A DNA stretch of 32,000 nucleotides from Bacillus subtilis subsp. subtilis str. 168 (GCF_000009045.1 NC_000964.3:2160001-2192000); one strand, 5' to 3'. Shown: positions 14,852-24,449, counted from the stretch's first letter. A program made the numbers and translations. Notes: generated by a model not told the origin, from the letters alone.

Positions 14852-15511
14852 TTACCAGCTTACTCTTACATTTTTACGACCAAATGCATTTGCTTCTTGC
14901 TCACTGTCCATTAGAATATCAATACGATTGTTTTTAATGTCCCCTCCTGTATCTATTGCATATGCTTGAAAGCTATTTCCTTCATATGAAACTTGCACTA
15001 ATGAATACAAAGGAATTACTTCTGGATCAACAGCAATTATTCTTTTTCCATTGTAATAGGATGTGTTTGATACATCGTAGCCGGTTCTTGTTTTCCCTGT
15101 GCACCCTGTAGAGCAAAACGCAGTATAAGCAGTAGCAACAACTTCATGACTCTTCACTGCCTTTGCATTTGTACTTTTTGAAACTGCTTTATCAAGATTT
15201 CTCTTTGTATTGGTTTTTTGCACTTTTTTTGTTTTTGTATGTTTTGCTGCTTTTTTATTTTCTTCTGTTAGATATGTAATTGTCGCATTAAGATACTTTT
15301 TTCTACTTTCAGCCTGCTTTTCTTCCTCACTCTTTAGCCTAGGAAGGATTCTTGGAACGTCAATTTCGTGAATAAGTTTTTGCCTCACCTCTTTTTTATT
15401 TAAATAAAATGACTTTTTTATTGAGACTTGATTATCTTGATGTGTATACAAGTTTTTAGCGCTATATACGAGCCCTACTCCTAACAAACCAATTGTAGCA
15501 AAAAGTGCCAT
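14852..15511 (-). CDS. yorM: Membrane-anchored 3D-domain (MltA/YocH/YuiC-like) cell-wall-binding or muralytic protein
   Basis: The C-terminal ATAYTAFCSTGCTGKTRTGYDV...AIDTGGDIKNNRIDILM is a 3D domain. The N-terminus has a hydrophobic anchor, ALFATIGLLGVGLVY. The ATG at 15511 has no SD, so the true start may be the ATT at 15568. Confidence 0.8.
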   Translation of the reverse strand: MALFATIGLLGVGLVYSAKNLYTHQDNQVSIKKSFYLNKKEVRQKLIHEIDVPRILPRLKSEEEKQAESRKKYLNATITYLTEENKKAAKHTKTKKVQKTNTKRNLDKAVSKSTNAKAVKSHEVVATAYTAFCSTGCTGKTRTGYDVSNTSYYNGKRIIAVDPEVIPLYSLVQVSYEGNSFQAYAIDTGGDIKNNRIDILMDSEQEANAFGRKNVRVSW

Positions 15512-15523
15512 TTTGTTAATTCT

Positions 15524-15552
15524 ATGATATACATATTTTTTATGTTTGTCTA
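15524..15552 (-). promoter_or_regulatory. Conserved repeated promoter-like element (copy C), between yorL and yorM
   Basis: Minus strand reads TAGACA, then a 17-nt spacer, then TATCAT. The block ATAGACAAACATAAAAAATATGTATATCATAGA matches copies A and B. The -10 hexamer ends only 12 nt before the yorM ATG. Confidence 0.5.
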
Positions 15553-15595
15553 TAAGTTTTTTGAAAATTTTTATCTCTCCTATATCAGTTAAGAT

Positions 15596-18500
15596 TTATA
15601 TTTCTGCCCTTTTAGTTGTCAAACTCATACTTCCTTCATTATCAACAAAATCTATTCTGCAGACTGTGTGATTATATATGCTATCTTTATAGACCTTCGG
15701 AATAAAATTGTTACCTCTTCTGAAACCAGTAAACATGAGCAATGTTCCTCTGGTATACCAAGATTTCTCGATTACCTCTTTCTTTCCGCCACCAATTGAT
15801 CTAGAAATCTGTTTATTGTAATGACTAAAGCTGCCCGACCACTGTTTAACTGTAACCACCCCTGTAGGTGTTAGAAGAGTAATTGCATGTTTGTTTTTAT
15901 CCCTATCTAAAACAGTGCCTATAATCCGTGTAGTCTCATATTCATAGAGAGTTTTCCCTCTCCATTGATAAGGTTTACCTTTGACCGGCTCTGCTGGCAG
16001 TTTATAAAAGTCAGCAATATCATACTTGGCAAAGTTTACACCAGAAAGCTCATGGTCATTATAATAATAGCTCAATGAATCCATTTCCCACTTTCCTAAT
16101 GACCCATCGGCGTATTTTTCCCACTCTTTTATTAATAAACAATCATTCAATTTCTTCAGTGGTTCTTCTGTTGTTATCCAGGACTTTATATTAGACATCT
16201 TGTTATCATATTCTTTTTTAAAAGCTTTTTCAGAAATGACAAGCTGCCCGTTTAACATGTCAACTACACTATCCTCACTGAAATGCTGGTTATAAAACGA
16301 AGCTGATACATCGTCCAATAAAAAAAGTTTATCTTTTGGCGACTTTAATGTTTTGTACACCTTTTTGCTGATGTAATCTTTAAAACGAAAGAATCTCACT
16401 TCTTGTGCAAATTCTGAAGGAACAATGTTGTTTTCAATTAGCATTTTTAAATTAGACAACGTAAGCTTACTTTTTGGTTCTGATATTAAGCTAATAAAGG
16501 CCTTCATGATTTCTTGCCTGTTTCCAAAAGAATCAAAGCAGCCTCCTTTTATTAATTGGATTACTTGTCCTTTCTTAATAATGCCGCTCTTAAACATTCT
16601 TTCAATAAAGTCGTTAAAGTCACTATATGGTCTATTTAGAACTATATGATGAATAACATCGTCTCCAATTCCATTCATTCCTTTAAGTCCAAATAAAATT
16701 GAATTGTTGTTAATATCAGTCCTAAAACCAAAATCAGCCTTATTTATATCTGGGAGGTCTATTTTAATCCCTCTTTGTCTAATGTTTCCGATGGCTGAAG
16801 CAACTTTTCCGTAGTTTGTAGCAGCTGTCTTTTTGTTGTCTTTTGTATCCTCGGTATCTATTCCTCCGCTGTTTACCGTTAAACAAGCAGTATTCCAGTA
16901 TAAAGGATTATATCGATAGTTTAAGTTCAATTCCTGTAATGCAATAATTGAATATGCCAAGGTATGAAGTAAACTAAAACTGTAGCCAAACTGTCTTTTA
17001 AATTGAACATTCCAGACATAATTCAACAGGTTATCAGAAGTGCCAATCTCCTTTCCTTTTTTAAAAAACAATTCTTCCACTTCTTTTAGTACATCTTCTT
17101 TCTTTTTTGCTATGGATTTCCTAAGATAATTTGATTCTTTAATGTCAAAGTTAGCTATATCTTTATCCATAACCATCTGCATAACCACTTCTTGAGTATC
17201 AGCAACACCATAAATGTCCTTAAGGTGCCTCTCCATTACTCTGATTTCCTTTTCGCTTAGACCGTACCGTGTCATTTCTTCATACCATTTATTAAGGTTA
17301 TTTTTGTATTTAACATATGTATCTACAGGCTGTTCTTCACCGTCTGACATAAGCCTCATTAAAGAATTGGTTACTGCTGCTTCAAGTAAGTTCTTAGGTT
17401 TTACTTTGACAACTGATTGATGACCGACTTCAGTTGAGAACTGGAATAAATCCATGATTTCCCCATTACCAGCCATTTCCCATAGCTTATCATCTTCATA
17501 CTCAATTACGTCTGGATGGATGTATTTGTTGTATGTTTCCTTCAAGCTTCCTTGCCATTCAATTTCATTATTCTCGATTAATTGGTCTAATGTTACTCTA
17601 ATCTTATCTAAAGCTTCAATTGTAAGAAGGTCAAACTTTACTGAGCCCATGGCTTCACTGTCACCCATATTAAACTGTGTAATATAAGCTCCTTTAGGAG
17701 TTTTCATCATTGCATTCGACTTTGTATATTCATCGTTAAAGATAATTACTCCGGCTGCATGAGAAGAGCGCTTATTAGTTAACCCTTCAATTTTTAAAGC
17801 TGTTTCTTTAAGATTAGGGTATTGTTCAACCTCCCTAATAAACTCTTTAATTGGCTTCCTGCCAGTTTCTTTGTCACCATAAAAACAATGCTTCAAAGGC
17901 CAGTTAGATCCTCTTTCAAATGGAATCATTCCACTTAAATACTGGGATATATCATTATCGATTCCTAAGCCTCTACATGCTGTCTGAAGCGCTGATTTTG
18001 AACCCTCAGTTCCAAAAGTAGCAATTTGAAGAACACGCTTGTCTCCAAACCTTTCTCTTAGTGCCTTAAGAATTTTTTGTCTTTTTGATCCTTCAGTATC
18101 AATATCGATATCTGGTAGGTCAGGTCTCGATTTATGTATATGTCTCCAATGTGGTAAATCATATTGCATTGGATTAATTTGAGTATTGTCGAGTAGATAA
18201 TTAACTAAGTAACCTGCAGCACTTCCCCTGGCTGCCCCAACTAAACTATCTCCTCCACACTCATCATCCCAAATAATATTAATGATTTCTCTAACTGTTA
18301 TGTAATAAGAAGACATAGACTGATTCAGCTTTTGGCTGATTTCCCAAAGTTCACCCAGTTCAACGTTAATCCTGTTCAATATTTTATGAAAAGCTTCTCT
18401 CGTTAGTTCGCTTGTTTTTAATTTCTCTTCAAATCCGTCCTCAATTAACTTAAGGAGATATCTATCTTGTTCATCTGCTGATTCAGACATCTTTTTTATA

Positions 18501-19513
18501 TATTCATATTGATCATATGCTGGTTTAAATAAATGTCTTAATTTAAAGTTAGGAAGCTCCATCTTAGGGATAATTGGTTCGTGCTCTATAGTATAGTCTT
18601 CAATCATCTCACCAATGAGCATTGTATTTTTTATGGCCTGATCGATGACTTCTTTATCAATGTAGTCCATTCTCTCGTGAATTTCATCAACGTTTTGAAC
18701 GAAACAGGCTTCATAAAAGGAATCAACTTCTCTTTCTCCATCCTTAGCGTTTAAAAAGGCTTGATGAATTGCTCTATCTTCTGGTCTTAGATAGTGAGCA
18801 TCTGTTGTAACAATCATTTGCAAGTCATACCCGTTGGCTATATCTATCAGCTTCTTGTTACAGTAAATCTGTTCTTCACTCAGTGCAGGTTGAAGCTCGA
18901 TAAAAAACTTATCCTTCCCAAAAACCTCTATACACCAAGTTATAAACTCATGAATCTTTAGTTTGTGCTGCTTAATTGACTGAGAATCACCAGTTTCTTC
19001 AAAAGCCTTTATCTTTAACAGGTGAATGTTTACCTCAGACCCCAAGCAAGCTGTGGTAGCAATGATGTGGCCTGGATCTTTACTTAATAGCTCCTCTACA
19101 TCCTTTTTTACTGTCGGCACTCTTTCCATTGTTCCTGTATAAAATGAGTTTTCCCAGGCTTGAGAAGACAGTATTCTTAACTGCTCATGTCCTTTTGGAT
19201 CCATTGCCAACATCAAGAAATGCGGAAATTTTGTCACTCCCGATTTATAGTTATCTCGAACTTCCTCTAAAGAATCGACTAGGTACGCTTCATTGCCCAA
19301 TATCAGTTTAAAATCTTCTGGCATATCCCCCTTCTTTTTCATTTCTCTAACTGTTCGAATAGCATCTAAATGTGCTGAGAGGACTTCATGGTCTGTTATG
19401 GCCAATCCCTTATATTCCATCTTTACTGCAGTTTTGAGCAGTTCTTTAACTGAGTTTGTTGAGTCTAGAAGCCTTATGTTACTCCTATCTGTGTGACAGT
19501 GACATCCTATCAA
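15596..19513 (-). CDS. yorL: DNA polymerase III alpha-subunit-like replicative polymerase with an N-terminal PHP domain
   Basis: 1305 codons. PHP motifs HCHTDRSN and ITDHE are present, together with the polymerase core GARGSAAGYLVNYLL and LPDIDIDTEG. TTG start lies 5 nt after GGGGGAG. Confidence 0.92.
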   Translation of the reverse strand: MIGCHCHTDRSNIRLLDSTNSVKELLKTAVKMEYKGLAITDHEVLSAHLDAIRTVREMKKKGDMPEDFKLILGNEAYLVDSLEEVRDNYKSGVTKFPHFLMLAMDPKGHEQLRILSSQAWENSFYTGTMERVPTVKKDVEELLSKDPGHIIATTACLGSEVNIHLLKIKAFEETGDSQSIKQHKLKIHEFITWCIEVFGKDKFFIELQPALSEEQIYCNKKLIDIANGYDLQMIVTTDAHYLRPEDRAIHQAFLNAKDGEREVDSFYEACFVQNVDEIHERMDYIDKEVIDQAIKNTMLIGEMIEDYTIEHEPIIPKMELPNFKLRHLFKPAYDQYEYIKKMSESADEQDRYLLKLIEDGFEEKLKTSELTREAFHKILNRINVELGELWEISQKLNQSMSSYYITVREIINIIWDDECGGDSLVGAARGSAAGYLVNYLLDNTQINPMQYDLPHWRHIHKSRPDLPDIDIDTEGSKRQKILKALRERFGDKRVLQIATFGTEGSKSALQTACRGLGIDNDISQYLSGMIPFERGSNWPLKHCFYGDKETGRKPIKEFIREVEQYPNLKETALKIEGLTNKRSSHAAGVIIFNDEYTKSNAMMKTPKGAYITQFNMGDSEAMGSVKFDLLTIEALDKIRVTLDQLIENNEIEWQGSLKETYNKYIHPDVIEYEDDKLWEMAGNGEIMDLFQFSTEVGHQSVVKVKPKNLLEAAVTNSLMRLMSDGEEQPVDTYVKYKNNLNKWYEEMTRYGLSEKEIRVMERHLKDIYGVADTQEVVMQMVMDKDIANFDIKESNYLRKSIAKKKEDVLKEVEELFFKKGKEIGTSDNLLNYVWNVQFKRQFGYSFSLLHTLAYSIIALQELNLNYRYNPLYWNTACLTVNSGGIDTEDTKDNKKTAATNYGKVASAIGNIRQRGIKIDLPDINKADFGFRTDINNNSILFGLKGMNGIGDDVIHHIVLNRPYSDFNDFIERMFKSGIIKKGQVIQLIKGGCFDSFGNRQEIMKAFISLISEPKSKLTLSNLKMLIENNIVPSEFAQEVRFFRFKDYISKKVYKTLKSPKDKLFLLDDVSASFYNQHFSEDSVVDMLNGQLVISEKAFKKEYDNKMSNIKSWITTEEPLKKLNDCLLIKEWEKYADGSLGKWEMDSLSYYYNDHELSGVNFAKYDIADFYKLPAEPVKGKPYQWRGKTLYEYETTRIIGTVLDRDKNKHAITLLTPTGVVTVKQWSGSFSHYNKQISRSIGGGKKEVIEKSWYTRGTLLMFTGFRRGNNFIPKVYKDSIYNHTVCRIDFVDNEGSMSLTTKRAEI

Positions 19514-19525
19514 CTTTTCTCCCCC

Positions 19526-21256
19526 TTAAAACACAAGTTCTTTTTGTTTTGTGCGAACCACCTCCAATTCATAAATCTCGATTTGAGGTGTTTTCTTGCC
19601 TTTGTATTCATTTGCCTTTGCTTTGCCAATTACATTAATGACTAACGTTCCATTTGATGCAGTAAGCTGATTAAAGTAATTCTCATCACTTTTAAACCTT
19701 ATGTATTCAATATCGCCATGCTTAAATTTAACAGTTGTCTTATTCTTTTTCCCTAAATGCTCAATTTGTTCGACTTCAATTTCAAGATCCGTTATAGCTA
19801 TTAAGGGTTCTTCAACTTTGTAACCCCAATAGTCTTTGTAACCATCAAGTTGAAGGATAAATTCTTTTCTCAATCGTTTTGCTGGGATCTCAAAATCAAC
19901 ATTCTGAATATCTTCTTCGATATTTATGTCTTTAAATTTTTCATTCAGCACTTTGTTCACCAGGATTAAGTTCTGTCGTTTAATTGCAAAGCCCGCTGCA
20001 TTTGGGTGACCTTCAACAAACTCAAATAATCCAGTATCTATAAGCTCTTTCTTAAAATCCTTTATAAACCCTTTATCATATCCTCGTATAGAGCCACTCA
20101 AGATATCTTTACCTTTTTCGGGATCGTTTCTGGCTAACAAGACCGGCTTTTTATATTCTTCTGCAAGCTGATTGGCCACCAGTCCAGTTAGGCTTTTATC
20201 TAGAATTCCTTCAATGTAAACAATGAGTACTTTATTCGCTGTTAAACTTTTCTCTTCTATTCTATTTTTAATTTCCACTCCAGCTGCATCTACAATCCGT
20301 TTCTGCTTTGCTTTTAGATTTCCTAGAATCCTAACTGTGTCTTCATGTATTGATACAAGCTCAGTTTCACTTTGCCCACGTTTTTTGTAGGGAACCTTTT
20401 CTTTAGAAAGGAGGAATGCTCTCATCATTTGATCTTTTTCTTCACTGCTTCCAACCCTAATGGCAGCGTTAATTAAAGGGTTAATAAAGAACTGTGTATT
20501 CTGTATGCTCTTGTCACCCTTGGTTGAAAACTCTTGCTTCTTAAACAGCTTCTTTAATAATGGATGTTTTATTTTCTTCAAGCCTTCATTCATAAAATAC
20601 CTGGTTTCAAGGTTTCTTGAATCAGCCGAATCAGCAATGTTACCAATAGATACAAGGTCTAAGAATTGTTCGGCTTCATTTTTATTTAGCTTTTCATCAA
20701 TTGCCTGGCAAAATTTATAGGCCATTCCTGCACCTGTCAGAGTTTTATTCGAATAATTAGGCGAAAGTTGATTATTTACTACGATCGCATGTTCAGACAC
20801 TCGTTCACATTCATGGTGATCAATAACAATTATTTCTGTGCCTCTCTTATTAAGAGCCTCATGTTCCTCAAATTGACTTGAACCTGCATCTGGGATTATG
20901 ACTAAGTCAACATCATCAGGAATTGTATCAATAAAAATCCCATGCTCTTTCCCATCTTGAATTCTGTAGTGTATATTAGCTTTCGGACAAATCTTCTTTA
21001 TGTAATTTATAATGATTGAGCTGGATGTGTATCCATCAACATCACTGTCTACCTGAACAAACAATTTATTTTTATTATTTAAATGCCTGATAAGACAATC
21101 TGCAGCTTTATCAATATTATTAAGCTTTGAATAATGAATAACTGAACTTTGATCAACATTAACAAACAACTTTGGATCTTCTATGCCTCTATTTTTTAAG
21201 ATAGTAGCTAAAGGATCGAAATTATAATCATTGTCGCCAATTAGTCTATACTCCAT
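19526..21256 (-). CDS. yorK: DHH/DHHA1 phosphoesterase, RecJ-like single-strand DNA exonuclease
   Basis: Contains DSDVDGYTSS, IIPDAGSS, VIDHHE (the DHH motif) and GHPNAAGF (DHHA1). The ATG overlaps the yorJ stop (TAATG). Confidence 0.85.
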   Translation of the reverse strand: MEYRLIGDNDYNFDPLATILKNRGIEDPKLFVNVDQSSVIHYSKLNNIDKAADCLIRHLNNKNKLFVQVDSDVDGYTSSSIIINYIKKICPKANIHYRIQDGKEHGIFIDTIPDDVDLVIIPDAGSSQFEEHEALNKRGTEIIVIDHHECERVSEHAIVVNNQLSPNYSNKTLTGAGMAYKFCQAIDEKLNKNEAEQFLDLVSIGNIADSADSRNLETRYFMNEGLKKIKHPLLKKLFKKQEFSTKGDKSIQNTQFFINPLINAAIRVGSSEEKDQMMRAFLLSKEKVPYKKRGQSETELVSIHEDTVRILGNLKAKQKRIVDAAGVEIKNRIEEKSLTANKVLIVYIEGILDKSLTGLVANQLAEEYKKPVLLARNDPEKGKDILSGSIRGYDKGFIKDFKKELIDTGLFEFVEGHPNAAGFAIKRQNLILVNKVLNEKFKDINIEEDIQNVDFEIPAKRLRKEFILQLDGYKDYWGYKVEEPLIAITDLEIEVEQIEHLGKKNKTTVKFKHGDIEYIRFKSDENYFNQLTASNGTLVINVIGKAKANEYKGKKTPQIEIYELEVVRTKQKELVF

Positions 21257-22392
21257 TAAATTCCCCCTTCATCTGTGCCAATCTCAATTTTCCTTCTCAT
21301 TAGCTCCTCTAGAGTTTCCTTTCCCTTGTCCGCTGGGCTGTCCTTATAATCCAGTAAGCCTTCATAATCCCACAAAACATATACACGAACATAAGGAGTA
21401 AATTTTGCTGCGAGCTTTAGAATTTTCTTCTGATATTCAACCAGTTTTTCTTGATATTTCTCCTCTGTTTCATGTTCTTTTGGTGGTCGATATTTATCAA
21501 GAGCAATAAAAACTTCTTCAACACCAAGAGACAATAAAATGTCACGGTGAAAATTAGAAATATTACTTGAACAAACAGCACAGGTGAAGTTTGATTCACC
21601 GTAAAAGTCTTGGCATTTTAATACTGATTTTTCTGATTCGAAAATCAATACTTTCTTGAACCTTTCTATCGAATTTTTTGTTTTATGTAATCCATATAGA
21701 TTCATCATTGTTTGATGGTTATATAAGATATTGCCTACTTTTAAAGGCATATATTTATAGCCTGCATCAACTTCTTCTTTAATCATTGAGCGCCTACGTA
21801 TACCAATCAACCTATTATTTAAATCTCGATGAGGAATGGTAATCCCTTCTGTATGAGGTCTAAAATAATACCCAATCTCAAACTCTTTTAATGTCTTGTG
21901 ACTTATTCCCTCACCTAGCCACAATTGGTGAGGATAAGGCACAAATACATCTAGAACCGTTTCATTAAAGCTGGGGAGCTCAATATGTATTTTTTTCTTC
22001 TTTTTGAACTTCCCCATCCATTCCCAGTCATCAATCAAATCATTGTTTATGTATGTCTCTCTATTCCCAAATCCAAATGTTCTTCCTGCTATTTTGGCAA
22101 CATATTCGATAGCCTGATTAAAAGAGATATTAATTCCTTTTTGGCTTTTTGCTCTTATAACAAGTTCGAATACATCAAAATTATCCCCACACTCTGTATA
22201 ACAGTGAAACTGTTTTGCTTCATGATAGTAATACAGCTTATAGCTCCCACCAGAAGCATTGTGACAAACGGTTCTGTAAATTGGATTTCCTTGTTGATCC
22301 CACAGATTGTTCTCGCTACCTAAATCTTTTAAAATCTTATGTATATCCTCAATGGTTAGGCTTTCTTTTACTCTGTCTTTATCATACTTCAA
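21256..22392 (-). CDS. yorJ: DNA primase (CHC2 zinc finger plus Toprim)
   Basis: The zinc finger is CHNASGGSYKLYYYHEAKQFHCYTECGDNFDVFELV. Toprim-like IFESEKSVL and IALDKY motifs follow. Confidence 0.82.
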   Translation of the reverse strand: MKYDKDRVKESLTIEDIHKILKDLGSENNLWDQQGNPIYRTVCHNASGGSYKLYYYHEAKQFHCYTECGDNFDVFELVIRAKSQKGINISFNQAIEYVAKIAGRTFGFGNRETYINNDLIDDWEWMGKFKKKKKIHIELPSFNETVLDVFVPYPHQLWLGEGISHKTLKEFEIGYYFRPHTEGITIPHRDLNNRLIGIRRRSMIKEEVDAGYKYMPLKVGNILYNHQTMMNLYGLHKTKNSIERFKKVLIFESEKSVLKCQDFYGESNFTCAVCSSNISNFHRDILLSLGVEEVFIALDKYRPPKEHETEEKYQEKLVEYQKKILKLAAKFTPYVRVYVLWDYEGLLDYKDSPADKGKETLEELMRRKIEIGTDEGGI

Positions 22393-22407
22393 AGGGCGCT
22401 ACACCCC

Positions 22408-23922
22408 TCATCCTGCTTTTATATTCAATTTCTCAACTGTGATTAGTTCATTGTCAAGATTTGTTGTGAAACAGTCCTTTATCCGCATGTTGCCCATATT
22501 GATATGGGAGAAGACTTTAACTTTGTCATACTCATTTCCCCTATTTTTAAATACATGTGTAACAAAATTTGGCTCTGGATAAAATCCTTCTTTTAAAATT
22601 GGATCAATTGCATCCTTCTCTTTTTTACTTAAAGGAAGAATTATCATTGCAGCATCTGTTTTATCTGCGATGGCCTTACTTCCTCTCAAGTAAGAAGCAT
22701 CTATTACTTGTCCTTTTAACCATGCTTCTTTCCAATCACCATTTAGCTGAGTTGCACTCATCATATAGACATCGTATTTGTTACATAAGCCTTTTAACTT
22801 ATCTGACATAAGTAAAAGAATTTGGTCTTCCCTCAAGTTGACACCGCTTTTTTTGCTCATCTCTGAAAAAATGGTTACTGATGAGTGAATATAATCGAAA
22901 TAAACGTACTCTACATTGTTTTTAATGACGTTCTTTTCAATTGTTCTTTCAATCTCCTGAATATTAAAATCAGGCAGATGTTCGAACCATATGTTAGACT
23001 CTTGAAGAACCTTAGCAGCCTTACGAACAAGTTGTTTTTCTTTTTCATTGATTGTGTTTCTAAGGATTTTTTTCTCTTCTACACTACTAATGTAGGCAAG
23101 TGCTAAACTTTGCAATTCTTCGGCCATCATTTCTGTTGAAATAACTGTAGAACTTTCACTCCATGGGTTTGATACCCATTCCTTCTTTTTAGGATCATAA
23201 AGTTCAGTTGCACTTAAGCGACAAGCGTCAGCGACCATGTTTCTTGTTTTACCGCCACCTGTAATACTTGAGCGCAGATAGAACTTTTTCTTCCGTGATC
23301 CCCGAAAAATTGAAGTAAGCATTTCGCTATTTAATGGAACTCCAATATCCGGCGACTCTTCGAATGAATCCAATAATTCATTAATACCTTCTCCACCCTG
23401 GATTCCCACACTTTCAGATGAAGTTCTGAATTTTTCTTTTATGTCTACAATCTTCATTTCATAAGCTGTCAAAATTTCATCAATCGACTTCTTATCAAAC
23501 TGTTCTTGCATCTTTTCTTGTTCTTTTGGGTCAATCAGAGATTCATCATATATTTCCTTAATATCGAATCCCAAGCCATCCATTTCTCTAAGCAGACTAA
23601 ACTTTTTTAATCTTTTATAGTGGTAATCAAAGTTTTCGACAACTGCCAACTCTTGTATTTTTTCTATATATTCAAGACCCTTATTATCATGGAAAATTTT
23701 ATATTGAATATCGTAATCCTTTAGATATCCATCTATTTCAACGTCATTCAATACTTCAGTTCCTTGATGAAATAGGTTGCTCATGGCAAAAAATAATATT
23801 GAATGAAACCTTGAAGGAAAATCATCCGAAGTTATCTTATATTTATTGCTCTCTGACAAGATTGTGGGATCTTTTAAAATGCTCCCTAAAACTTGAATTA
23901 TTGCCTGTTTGTCTTGTAGCAA
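22408..23922 (-). CDS. yorI: DnaB-like replicative DNA helicase
   Basis: The N-terminus resembles DnaB (QAIIQVLGSILKDPTIL). Walker A is SITGGGKTRN and Walker B-like is VYFDYIH. TTG start lies 5 nt after GGAAGGAGAG. Confidence 0.85.
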   Translation of the reverse strand: MLQDKQAIIQVLGSILKDPTILSESNKYKITSDDFPSRFHSILFFAMSNLFHQGTEVLNDVEIDGYLKDYDIQYKIFHDNKGLEYIEKIQELAVVENFDYHYKRLKKFSLLREMDGLGFDIKEIYDESLIDPKEQEKMQEQFDKKSIDEILTAYEMKIVDIKEKFRTSSESVGIQGGEGINELLDSFEESPDIGVPLNSEMLTSIFRGSRKKKFYLRSSITGGGKTRNMVADACRLSATELYDPKKKEWVSNPWSESSTVISTEMMAEELQSLALAYISSVEEKKILRNTINEKEKQLVRKAAKVLQESNIWFEHLPDFNIQEIERTIEKNVIKNNVEYVYFDYIHSSVTIFSEMSKKSGVNLREDQILLLMSDKLKGLCNKYDVYMMSATQLNGDWKEAWLKGQVIDASYLRGSKAIADKTDAAMIILPLSKKEKDAIDPILKEGFYPEPNFVTHVFKNRGNEYDKVKVFSHINMGNMRIKDCFTTNLDNELITVEKLNIKAG

Positions 23923-23936
23923 ATGGACTCTCCTTC

Positions 23937-24407
23937 CTATAGCATTGAGATATCAACTAGCCCTCTTTTCTTTCTCATTCCTTTTTTTATGACCAAAGTA
24001 ATTTCTTCTCTTTTATGATTCTTTGGATCTTCAGCTGATTTTCGGATGGCTTTTTGTCTAATGTAATGCCGCTTTGCTTCATCATAAACAAATGGAACGA
24101 TTCCAATGCCATCACCTTCTCTGGGTTGATTATCCAAAGTTTCATAAAAGTACCTAAGCGCTAGTTCAATGCCTTTAAGCTTATACCCATATTCCTCTTG
24201 AAACTCTTTAATTTGTTTCAACATCATGCCAGTTGGAGATGTAAGACCATATAAATTGCATATGTATTGAATTAACTCTTTTCTGTGATCTGATTCTTGC
24301 TTCCAGGTATTAAAACACTTTTCATGGTAATATCTTTTTTTATAAGGAATGGCTGAGTCTTTGTCTAACTTGGTCTCGCAATAAGGACATTTAACTTGTC
24401 TCCCCAA
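23937..24407 (-). CDS. yorH: Zinc-ribbon protein; a role as replication organiser or helicase loader is suggested by position only
   Basis: Begins MGRQVKCPYCETKL...YYHEKCF (CxxC...HxxC). TTG start lies 7 nt after AGGAG. It sits immediately upstream of the helicase gene. Confidence 0.7.
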   Translation of the reverse strand: MGRQVKCPYCETKLDKDSAIPYKKRYYHEKCFNTWKQESDHRKELIQYICNLYGLTSPTGMMLKQIKEFQEEYGYKLKGIELALRYFYETLDNQPREGDGIGIVPFVYDEAKRHYIRQKAIRKSAEDPKNHKREEITLVIKKGMRKKRGLVDISML

Positions 24408-24425
24408 ATAATCACTCCTAATAAG

Positions 24426-24447
24426 GAGGAGAGAATAATCTCTCCTC
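24426..24447 (-). other. Intercistronic perfect hairpin (9-bp stem, 4-nt loop) between yorG and yorH
   Basis: GAGGAGAGA at 24426..24434 pairs with TCTCTCCTC at 24439..24447. On the minus-strand RNA it is followed by CCUUAUUAGGAG, which contains the yorH SD. It could be an attenuator, a partial terminator or an RNA-stability element. Confidence 0.45.
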
Positions 24448-24449
24448 TT

